DNA of 20,652 bases from Archangiaceae bacterium (GTDB taxonomy: Bacteria; Myxococcota; Myxococcia; Myxococcales; Myxococcaceae), in NCBI GenBank assembly GCA_043750125.1, contig JAYVCD010000054.1, positions 1 through 20,652 of the forward strand. The letters are read 5' to 3'. Below are positions 6,833 through 14,719 of the stretch, one piece after another; within the stretch, counting starts at the first letter, position 1, and each line of letters begins with the position of its first letter. Both the position numbers and the translations under genes were made by a program. The notes below the pieces were generated by a model, which saw only the letters and a program-made list of their open reading frames with translations, was not told the DNA's origin and searched no databases.

Positions 6833-9280
6833 TCAGTGCTCGGCGTTGGTGTCGTCGAGCTTGAGCAAACCCCGGTTCTGCAGCCAGAGCAGGACCGCTG
6901 GGAAGAAAAGCAACATGATGATCAGGTTGACAGCGAAGCCAAGAATCGCGAGTCGCCCGATTGAGTTGAGGCCGGGGTGGTCGGCGAAGAGCATCGCCGA
7001 GAAGCCATCGCCGGAGGTGATCAACCCGCCGACGATTGCGCGCCCGGTCTCGGCGAACACCGGAGGGAAATTGCCCCGACTGTCATTGATGCGCGAGACC
7101 ATGTGCACCCCCCCGTCGACGGTCACGCCTATTAAGACCGGGACGAGGAGGATGTTCAGGTAGTTGAAGGGCAAATTGAGGATGGTCATCATTCCGACCA
7201 GCACGAACAGCGACAGCGCTGTCGGCAGCATGCACAGCAGCGCAACGCGCAACGATCCGAGCGTGAGCCACATTGCCAGCAGCACGGCCAGGGTCGCGGT
7301 AATCAAGATGGGTTTCGCCTCGCGCTTCACCATCAGCAGCACGTCCGCAAGAATCATCGCTTCGCCGGCTGCCGAGAAACGCTCGCCGTTGGGAAGCTCG
7401 AGCTTGCGAACCTCTTCCGCGAACCGGCCGACCGCCAGGCCGTCGGACAGTTTGATGTTGGGAAAAATGAGGACGAAGCCTCCTTCCTGGCCGGGCTTGA
7501 TCCCTTCGAATTGGCGGCGAACCGAGAAGGGAATGTCAGATCGACCGAACGGCTCGGCTTTCACCCAGCGGGCAAGCTTTTCGAACCGGGGCTTGGTTGC
7601 GGGGTCAAGCTCTTCGGCGTTCACTTTGCTGAGGGTCTTCTGAATCGTGCCCAGCAGCTCTTTCTTTTCTGCCTGCTGGGCGGGAACGAGATCGTCGAGG
7701 GCGGCGACGAAGTCGATCGTCGACTGCTCTCCTTGCGCTTTTTGGCGGGACTGCAGCGCGGCGACGAGCAGGCGTTCACTCTCGTTGTGCTTGGTGAGAA
7801 TGACCACCGGTTCCATGTTGTAGCCGAGGATCTTGTTCACCTGCCGGTCGAGTTGGAACGTGGGCAGTGACGAGTCCTCGAGGGCGCGGAAGTCGTAGTC
7901 GAACCGAACGCCCGACATCTTCCACATCACCAACACCAACAGCAGTCCGACGGTGATCGCGATCCCGCGAAAGGCGCGCGGCAACAGGGCAGCCAGCTCG
8001 CTCTTCGAGGTGATGATGACCCGCGGCTTCCACCCGAACCTCGCCGCCAGGCCGAGCGCGGCAGGAAGAATGAGGAAATAGGCGGCGAGCACCACCATCA
8101 TCCCGAGCGCGGCGATGACCCCGAACTCGCGGAAAGCGCGGAACTCAGAGAACCCGACCGAGACGAAGGTCAAGGCGGCAACCAGAGACGAGACGATCGC
8201 AGACCCACCGGTGTGCATGAACGCGTCTCGGGTCGCATCTTCCGAAGAGTGACCCTCGGCTCTCAACGTCGAGTACCTGCCTATCAAGTGGATGCCGTGC
8301 TCGGTGCCGAGGCCTCCGAGCACCGCGCCCAGAAAGCCGGTGAGGATGTTGATGTTGCCAAAGATGAAAAACGTCATCCCGTAGGTCCACGCCAGGCCCA
8401 TCACCACCGGAACGACGACGAGGAAGACCGGAAGGATTCCGCGGAAGTGGAAGATCAGGTACGTGGTCAGAAACAGCAGGGCGATGATGCTGGCCCGGGC
8501 CATGTCGTTGGACAGCTGCTTTTGCTGCTCGACCTTGTAGGTGAAGGTTCCGGTCAGGCCTACGTGGAAGTCCTTTCCGAAGCGCTTGAGGTCCTGCTTG
8601 GCGAAGTAGTCCTGGGTGTTCTGGACCAACTGAGCGGTGAAGTTCAGGTCGGCCGAGTTGTTCATCGGCTTGGCGAGCATCACGATCATCTTTTCTTTCT
8701 CGTCGAGGTAGTAGTCGCCGCCCGACGCGAGGCGCTGGTCGGAGCGCTTGCCGTATTTGGCCTCGATGTCGCTCATGTCGAGCGAAGGCACCTCTTCGTC
8801 GTCGAGCTTGACGAACATCGGGTTCGCCTGGCGGCGCTCGTATTTTTCGCGATCCTTGATTCGCGCGGCGACGGTCTGAAGATCCGGCAACGAGAGGTAA
8901 TACAGCGATCGGTCTTCGAAGAACCCGCCAGCGCGCTTGTGATCGACGTAGCGGATGCCTGGGATCTCTTTCTCGACCCGGGGGGCGTACTCGTCGGCGA
9001 AGCGCTTCAGCGATTCGTTGTCGCTGTTGATCCCAACGATCACGACGTACCCGATGCCGCCAAACCGTTCTTTAATTTCTTCGAGGCCCTTGACCGACTC
9101 GAACGTGTCCGGAAGCAGCTTCTCGAGGTCGGCGATCAGCGGCAGCTTGTAAGAGAAGTACCCGCCTGCGATCGAGAACAAGACCGCCAGCGTGAGGGCC
9201 GCCGCGGGGCGACGATGCGAGTGCGCGGCCAGCGCACCCAGCGACTTCTCGACTTTCTGCATCCACTTCGTGTCCGCCAA
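6833..9280 (-). CDS. MMPL/RND-family membrane transporter
   Basis: 815 aa with 1+5 TM duplicated topology and two large loops; SEFRAFREFG and HPGLNSIG motifs; GGAGG RBS upstream of the TTG start. Confidence 0.9.
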   Translation of the reverse strand: MADTKWMQKVEKSLGALAAHSHRRPAAALTLAVLFSIAGGYFSYKLPLIADLEKLLPDTFESVKGLEEIKERFGGIGYVVIVGINSDNESLKRFADEYAPRVEKEIPGIRYVDHKRAGGFFEDRSLYYLSLPDLQTVAARIKDREKYERRQANPMFVKLDDEEVPSLDMSDIEAKYGKRSDQRLASGGDYYLDEKEKMIVMLAKPMNNSADLNFTAQLVQNTQDYFAKQDLKRFGKDFHVGLTGTFTYKVEQQKQLSNDMARASIIALLFLTTYLIFHFRGILPVFLVVVPVVMGLAWTYGMTFFIFGNINILTGFLGAVLGGLGTEHGIHLIGRYSTLRAEGHSSEDATRDAFMHTGGSAIVSSLVAALTFVSVGFSEFRAFREFGVIAALGMMVVLAAYFLILPAALGLAARFGWKPRVIITSKSELAALLPRAFRGIAITVGLLLVLVMWKMSGVRFDYDFRALEDSSLPTFQLDRQVNKILGYNMEPVVILTKHNESERLLVAALQSRQKAQGEQSTIDFVAALDDLVPAQQAEKKELLGTIQKTLSKVNAEELDPATKPRFEKLARWVKAEPFGRSDIPFSVRRQFEGIKPGQEGGFVLIFPNIKLSDGLAVGRFAEEVRKLELPNGERFSAAGEAMILADVLLMVKREAKPILITATLAVLLAMWLTLGSLRVALLCMLPTALSLFVLVGMMTILNLPFNYLNILLVPVLIGVTVDGGVHMVSRINDSRGNFPPVFAETGRAIVGGLITSGDGFSAMLFADHPGLNSIGRLAILGFAVNLIIMLLFFPAVLLWLQNRGLLKLDDTNAEH

Positions 9281-9671
9281 TGCGTCCTCCGTCGTCCCGT
9301 AAAGTCAGGAACTCATTTCACAACTACCACCCGGCCTTCTGCGGTCGGCGTTGTAATTCAACCGCCGCCAAAGCACCTCATGTACCAGCGCTCAACCACC
9401 CGTTGATTCTGGGGAAGACCTCTCGGACTGCGAAGATCGCCGCGACCGCCCTGCCCGGTACCGTTCGGAATCGAAACAGGCGAGCTCTAATATTTAGACG
9501 CCATTGATAGGTTTTTCCAAATTTTCCGGCCCAAAGCTGATTTTTTGGGCGTCAGATCAAGATTCGAGAACGCGGCGAGCGGATGAATCGGCAAACGGTG
9601 CCGATTTTCTGGCGCAGAGAAATGTACGCGGAGACCGTCAACCCCATAGATGCGGTGGGTCCAGCGGGGAC

Positions 9672-10250
9672 TCAGTCGTCGAGCGCGCCCTGAGAAATCC
9701 AACTCAAGATCACGTCGAAGTCCTCGGGCTCGGCCACTTTGAGGCTTGAGCCTGGCCCTATGCGAGGCATGGTGCTCCAAATGCCCCCCCACCTGCCTGG
9801 CTGTCCAGAATGTCAGTCAGTGCGCTCGCCACCGGGTCTCCCGGCACCACCAACGGAATCAAGCGACTCGTCGTACCAGCGCCGCCAGTAGTACGAGTCG
9901 AACTCAACGAAAGCAGCTGCTCGCGCGAGTCGGGCCGGTTCAATGCGGCAGAGATCCCGAAGAATCCAGTCCGAGTCGGCGCATCGTGACACCCCTCCAC
10001 AGCCGAGCCCAAATCGGCACGACCTGGCGCTGGTAACTCATTGCCGACTGGCCGGCGTCACTGAACCCGCGTCGTTGACCCCATCGGGCCTGCCCCACCA
10101 TCTGGGTTCAGTCCACCCAACACACATTCGTCGGCGCCCGAGAAACAGCCAGGGGCACGGGCATTGGCCCCACACGCCTTGCTGCGGGTATCGCCACACC
10201 CGACAGCGAGCAAGGTCGGGATCCAAAGGACTGGAAATATTTTCGTCGTC
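9672..10250 (-). pseudogene. Frameshifted lipoprotein with a c-type cytochrome (planctomycete cytochrome c-like) domain
   Basis: Joining frames gives KIFPVLWIPTLLAVGC (lipobox) ... PDGG/NDAG linker ... MSYQRQVVPIW ... C-EGCH ... LVVPGDPVASAL ... MP ... EDFDVILSWISQGALDD*, stop at 9672-9674. Confidence 0.7.
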
Positions 10251-10489
10251 GGTCGCTCGTCCAAACGAAGGCTGCCAGAGCTTTTTCAATCGGAAGGGTC
10301 ATCCAAAACAACTTCAGTTCGAAGTTCAGTTGGGAATCACCTTTATCTGAACTCTATTGTTCGTGGTTTACGAACAATTCTCGGGGTCTTGCGAAGCAGC
10401 CGTTCCCGGAAGTGTGCTCGACGAAAACCAATGTTCGTGCGAGCCATCCGTTCTTCACGTTTGGCCAGCACCTGGTCGAAGGAAGCCGC

Positions 10490-11230
10490 CTAGTTGGTGC
10501 GGAAAATCTGATTGCTCGTGATCATCGGCGTGGTGGCGGACTTGAAGGTCGTGCAGACCGGCATGAAGCGCTCGGCGGATTCCTTGGTGAGCTCCTCGCG
10601 GGTGAAGAACAGAATCGCAAACAGCGCACCAGTCGAGTACGAGCCCCCGACGCCGAAGACAGTCTTGACGCTTTGTTCATCGACGAAGTCCTGCGCCGGA
10701 ATGATTTTGCGGTTGCGCGAGTCGATGGTCGTCTTCGCATCAAGGACGTGAAAAAGGCTCGAGAAGTCAGACTTCACCGCGTTGAGCCCCGGCTCGGGCA
10801 GGTCGAGCCATGAGAGCTCTGCGCTCAGGTCCTTGAGCAGCCGCGACACCATTGGAATCGAATCGGCAAAATCCGACGACACCAGGGGAATGCCGACATG
10901 ACCTTGCGACGACCGGCGGTTGTTCCACTCAGCTTTGCTGCCACTGGTTGCGACCAGTGAAAGCACCGGAGTATTGGGCCTGACGGCGAGCTGTTTTGAC
11001 TGAGCGAGGTCCTCGACGAACCGCTGGTTGGGAGCCGGCAGCTGGCTATACGGAACGGTCACGTAGACCCGGGTAAGGGCGAGGGAATCTTTGAATTCCT
11101 TGTAGAAGGCCTCGGTGCACTTTTGAGCGGCATCTTCGAGAACGGAACAAGTTGCAAGTTCTCGCTGAAGCCCTGCGATGAGAGAGAACAAATTGATTCG
11201 AGTACTGGCGGCGATCGATCCCAAGGTCAA
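10490..11230 (-). CDS. Hypothetical cytoplasmic protein (possible GAF-like sensor), last gene of the rsb operon
   Basis: 246-aa ORF overlapping the rsbR stop (TTGA); GGAGG at 11231-11235 also fits a TTG start at 11224; motifs WNNRRSSQGHVGIPL, IPMVSRL, IIPAQDFV, VFGVGG. Confidence 0.8.
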   Translation of the reverse strand: MTLGSIAASTRINLFSLIAGLQRELATCSVLEDAAQKCTEAFYKEFKDSLALTRVYVTVPYSQLPAPNQRFVEDLAQSKQLAVRPNTPVLSLVATSGSKAEWNNRRSSQGHVGIPLVSSDFADSIPMVSRLLKDLSAELSWLDLPEPGLNAVKSDFSSLFHVLDAKTTIDSRNRKIIPAQDFVDEQSVKTVFGVGGSYSTGALFAILFFTREELTKESAERFMPVCTTFKSATTPMITSNQIFRTN

Positions 11231-11862
11231 CCTCCTCTGGCCTGCGTGTTTCTGCCCAACACAGCGACGTCCAACTCCTGAAAGACGATCTTAAGTGCGT
11301 CAGACTGACGTCGAACAGTGCGCACGCTTGAAGTATCGATTCCGAGTTGCGACAAAGTCTGGGCAATGTTGGCGCTGATACCGGTCAAAAAGCACTCTGC
11401 GCCGAGCAGGCGAACCGCCTTGGCCATGCGGAGAAAATGATCGGCGGTCCGGGTATCGAGCAAGCTGACGCCGGTAAGGTCGATGATCACGTGCGACGCC
11501 TGGTCCAGCACGACGCGATCGAGCAAACGATCCATCATCTGGACGCTGCGCGCGGTGTCTACCGTGCCGATGACGGGGAGCGTGATCACGCCATCCCAGA
11601 TCGAAATGATGGGCGTCGACAGCTCGCTCAGGACAGTGCTTTGTCGGTCGGCGATCTCTTCATTCTTACGGTCTAGCTCCAAAATCTGGGTTTTGTTTCT
11701 TGCCTTGGTCTCGGCGTATTCATCGATCAGGGTCGAGACCGCTGCCTCGAGTGCAGAAAGACTGTCCAGCGACTCATCAGGCTGGATCCTAACACTGAAG
11801 TCGTCCGCCGAGGCACGGCCCACCGCCTCCAGAATCCGTTCAAGTCTTCCTTCGAAATTCAT
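11227..11862 (-). CDS. rsbR: RsbR-type STAS protein with N-terminal HAMP-like/coiled-coil region (alternative start TTG 11925)
   Basis: ELSTPIISIWDGVITLPVIGTVDTAR...IIDLTGVSLLDT...LLGAECFLTGISANIAQTL; both phospho-Thr positions present. Confidence 0.9.
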   Translation of the reverse strand: MNFEGRLERILEAVGRASADDFSVRIQPDESLDSLSALEAAVSTLIDEYAETKARNKTQILELDRKNEEIADRQSTVLSELSTPIISIWDGVITLPVIGTVDTARSVQMMDRLLDRVVLDQASHVIIDLTGVSLLDTRTADHFLRMAKAVRLLGAECFLTGISANIAQTLSQLGIDTSSVRTVRRQSDALKIVFQELDVAVLGRNTQARGG

Positions 11863-11946
11863 GTCGTTCTCAATTTTTGACGGAAGTGCCAACGGGTGAG
11901 TGAAAGTCGGCGCAGACAGGAGCAAGGAAAACGCGGACCGAGGTTT

Positions 11947-12531
11947 TCATGGGCCGCTCTTGATGTCGATCACCAAAGCGGTCGCATCGTCATCATCCCT
12001 TCCAGCAAGCTTCACCAGCTCGCGGGCCGCGCGGGCAGCGAGCATCGGCTCAATCAGGCTCAACGCCGGCGCCATCTTGTGAACTTGAATGCCATCAGAG
12101 ACGAGGATCCACCGCTGTGATGCGGCGACCGCCATCGAATACTCACGGACCCTCTTCAGCCCGGCGCCTACGGTGCCGGGCGTGCAAGTCGGGCGGGCCA
12201 CACCGGTTGGCCCGTGGATCTCGACGTTGCCGACCCCCGCGAAGCTGACCGTTGATCCCTGAACGCGCACGGCAGCCATCACCACCTGTCGCAGCCCAGC
12301 AAGGGCTCGATCGCATCGTGCAAAGAGCTCGAAGAGAGAGAGGTGTGCATTCTCGGTCAGCACCGGCACCAATTTGCGGGCGCTTTGCTCGGCTTCAGGC
12401 CCGTGGCCCAGCGCGTCGACGACAGCGAACAGGCGCACCCCATTTTGCTCGGTGATTACGAACGTATCGCCGCAAGCCGGCTCGCCCAACATGCTCCGGG
12501 CCGAGCCACCACTGTCGATTTGGAAAGTCAC
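11947..12531 (-). CDS. rsbX: RsbX-like PP2C/SpoIIE serine phosphatase
   Basis: GEPACGD, VVDALGHGPEA, FAGVGNV, LVSDG, DDDATAL; GTG start overlaps the rsbT stop (GTGA). Confidence 0.85.
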   Translation of the reverse strand: MTFQIDSGGSARSMLGEPACGDTFVITEQNGVRLFAVVDALGHGPEAEQSARKLVPVLTENAHLSLFELFARCDRALAGLRQVVMAAVRVQGSTVSFAGVGNVEIHGPTGVARPTCTPGTVGAGLKRVREYSMAVAASQRWILVSDGIQVHKMAPALSLIEPMLAARAARELVKLAGRDDDDATALVIDIKSGP

Positions 12532-13187
12532 AAGAGTCTCGTTCGTTTTGCGCCGCGCGCGGTGGTTCCGACGCCCATCACCGACGAGATCTCGAGCGAA
12601 TCGAGCAGGGACTTGGTCCCCACGAGGCCGCGACCCAGACCGGTGGCCGACTTGTAATTCCCCGAGAGAATGAGGGCTATGTCGGGGATGCCCGGGCCCG
12701 CGTCCTTGGCCGTGATCTCGAAGGTCACCCATCGCAGGGCTTCGGCCAGCTGAAGGTTCACCTCACCCTTCTTCGCATACATGTAGATGTTGCGCGCCAA
12801 CTCGGACGAAGCGGTGGCCAGCCGCACCACGTCGCTCTTGCCGAAGAAGGGCTTGGTCAGCCGCTGCACTTCCCCTGAGACCAAGAGCACATCGGCATCG
12901 CTCGCAACGAGGACTTTTACTCGCGTCGGACGAGGCGAGGTTTCGACCAAGAGAGCTCTGCGCAGATCGTCGATAATTTTTGGAGCGACCTTCCCAGTAA
13001 AAAGGGTCAAAGCCGCGGCGACATTGTTGAGCAGCGTATAAAGCGACCAGACGTCAAGCTCTCCAGGCCGAGCCGCACCGACGGTGGGTGCCAGTCCGTA
13101 CAGGGTGCTGTGAGGAACCAGCGCCGGGACCAACGGACGAAGCACCCGCCCGATCACGTCGACCACGGTTTCGTCGGCTGAGGTCAC
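12528..13187 (-). CDS. rsbT: RsbT-like Ser/Thr kinase (GHKL fold) with about 85-aa N-terminal extension
   Basis: LATASSELARNIYMYA, DAGPGIPDI, YKSATGLGRGLVG, GVGTT; GTG start overlaps the rsbS stop. Confidence 0.9.
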   Translation of the reverse strand: MTSADETVVDVIGRVLRPLVPALVPHSTLYGLAPTVGAARPGELDVWSLYTLLNNVAAALTLFTGKVAPKIIDDLRRALLVETSPRPTRVKVLVASDADVLLVSGEVQRLTKPFFGKSDVVRLATASSELARNIYMYAKKGEVNLQLAEALRWVTFEITAKDAGPGIPDIALILSGNYKSATGLGRGLVGTKSLLDSLEISSVMGVGTTARGAKRTRLL

Positions 13188-13570
13188 TCGCTGACGATCC
13201 GGATCTTGAGCTTCTTCAGGGCGGATTCGAGGGTCAGCGCTGTGTCGAGCATTCCCAACTCGATGCCCAGCTCGACCAAAGTGGTCGCGATCGGCGGTCG
13301 AATCCCGACCAGCACACTCTTCGCTCCAAAGTTGCTGGCGATGGACGCCGTCTCGCCGAGCACCTTCGCGCCAAAGCTATCGATCAAAGTCAGCGCCGAC
13401 ACGTCGACGATCAACCCCCGAACCTCTCGCTCGACTGAGAGTCGCTGCGCGATGGACGCCTGAAGCGCCTTGGCTTCGGAATCTCGCAACCCATTCGGAA
13501 CGCTCACGAACAGACATGTTCCAAGCTTCATCAGTGAAATGAATCGGTCTTCGCCTTTCGGTTCGATCAC
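13184..13570 (-). CDS. rsbS: RsbS-type STAS antagonist
   Basis: LIVDVSALTLIDSFGAKVL...FGAKSVLVGIRPPIATTLVELGIEL..LDTALTLE; conserved DSF phospho-Ser; GGAGG upstream of GTG 13570. Confidence 0.92.
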   Translation of the reverse strand: MIEPKGEDRFISLMKLGTCLFVSVPNGLRDSEAKALQASIAQRLSVEREVRGLIVDVSALTLIDSFGAKVLGETASIASNFGAKSVLVGIRPPIATTLVELGIELGMLDTALTLESALKKLKIRIVSE

Positions 13571-14173
13571 TGGCCCCTCCCCCAACCGAACTGAGATTCG
13601 TCTGCACCTGAATTGTGAAAGATTCTTAAATCACGAATCGGGCCTTCAGGGGTGGGAAGAGCGCGCGCCGATGCGGGAAGGCCGGCAGCATGAACTTTCA
13701 CACGAACTTGTCGGGCCCCGTTCCTCGATGGCCATTCGGTGAAAGAGGCAGGGCACACGGGATGAACTGGAGCGCGGCGACGACCGAAGCTACCACTGGC
13801 CGGGGAACTTCGAGTGGGGGTCACTCGATGACCTGGGGCTTTGCGCCGTGGTCGGGATCGCGCATGACGCGAACCTCTTCCAGCGCTCTCGAAGGGCCTG
13901 GGCACTGCCCAGAGCCAACACACGGAAAAGACAGTCGAGAAACATCGACCCAATTTTCGTGATCCGCGTTCACGCCCCGTCGGTTCACTGCGCCGCAAAC
14001 CACGTCGACTCGATCTTGCAGCCAAGCCCGAAATCGGGAGACGCCGCGTGAATCAATTTCAAAGTCGAAGGAGCAACCGGAATCGAACGCCGAGGGTCCC
14101 GCCACTCCGAGCGCCGCAGCTGGAATTTGCAAGTTGGCCCCCCTCACTTTGAACTGCACCCGCGGGCCCAACC

Positions 14174-14196
14174 GTTGCCACCTCAGCTGCCACCTC
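14174..14196. repeat. Tandem direct repeat resembling tyrosine-integrase arm-binding sites
   Basis: GTTGCCACCTC (14174-14184) and GCTGCCACCTC (14186-14196), 12-bp period, 50 bp beyond the tRNA 3' end. Confidence 0.5.
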
Positions 14197-14245
14197 GACG
14201 GTTCGACTCGATATGACCTTAGTCCCCAAAGCTTGTTTTTGCTCT

Positions 14246-14317
14246 TGGGCGCAGCAGGTTTCGAACCTGCGACCCCTGCCGTGTGAAGGCAGTGCTCTAC
14301 CGCTGAGCTATGCGCCC
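14246..14317 (-). tRNA. tRNA-Val(CAC), CCA end not encoded
   Basis: GGGCGCATAGCTCAGCGGTAGAGCACTGCCTTCACACGGCAGGGGTCGCAGGTTCGAAACCTGCTGCGCCCA; complete cloverleaf, anticodon CAC at 14283-14285, followed by AGA rather than CCA. Confidence 0.97.
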
Positions 14318-14342
14318 GGTTTCAATTGGGAAAGGCGGGCCG

Positions 14343-14371
14343 CTTCTGCCACCCACCTCGAAGTCTGTCAA
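14343..14371 (-). promoter_or_regulatory. Putative sigma70 promoter of tRNA-Val
   Basis: Perfect TTGACA (14366-14371), 17-nt spacer, weak -10 CAGAAG, then GC-rich discriminator-like CGGCCCGC. Confidence 0.5.
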
Positions 14372-14393
14372 CGCTTGCGACGCGGCCGCGAAC

Positions 14394-14663
14394 TCAGGCC
14401 GGCTTGAGCTTTTCGTCGAGGTCGCGAACGCGCCGGCGCAGAGCCGAGAGCTGTTTCCCAATCTCTTTGAAGTCGCTCTTCGAGGCGAAGTTCAGCTGGT
14501 GCATCACCTGGACGTGGCCCTTGTCGAACGCGGCCTTTCCCTGCTGGACCTTGCCGATCACGCTGGCAATCTGTCCTGCCCGTTTATCGTCAGAGAACAG
14601 CCGTTCCATCGCCTTTTGCGACAGGCCCACTGCTTCCTTCCTCAAGCGCTCGGCAAAGCCCAT
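14394..14663 (-). CDS. Small helical/coiled-coil protein (89 aa), StkC-like/PhaE C-terminus-like
   Basis: MGFAERLRKEAVG...LNFASKSDFKEIGKQLSALRRRVRDLDEKL; directly downstream of the Hsp70 gene; alternative GTG start at 14723. Confidence 0.75.
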   Translation of the reverse strand: MGFAERLRKEAVGLSQKAMERLFSDDKRAGQIASVIGKVQQGKAAFDKGHVQVMHQLNFASKSDFKEIGKQLSALRRRVRDLDEKLKPA

Positions 14664-14719
14664 CGTTGATGCCCCCGTTTTCTGGTCGTACTGCGGTCGA
14701 GCCCATACCAGCTTTGAGC

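Noticed and set aside
8213-9406. 397-aa plus-strand ORF
   Set aside because: Antisense shadow of the MMPL gene
12532-12732. Upstream extension of the rsbX ORF (261 aa in the track)
   Set aside because: Overlaps rsbT out of frame; GTG at 12531 coupled to the rsbT stop is the better start
13614-13635. CRP-like TGTGA...TCACG site
   Set aside because: Spacer is 12 nt, not the required 6
13788-13811. SYHWPGN resembling the sigma54-activator WPGNVREL motif
   Set aside because: Flanking residues do not continue the AAA+ consensus in any frame I could read
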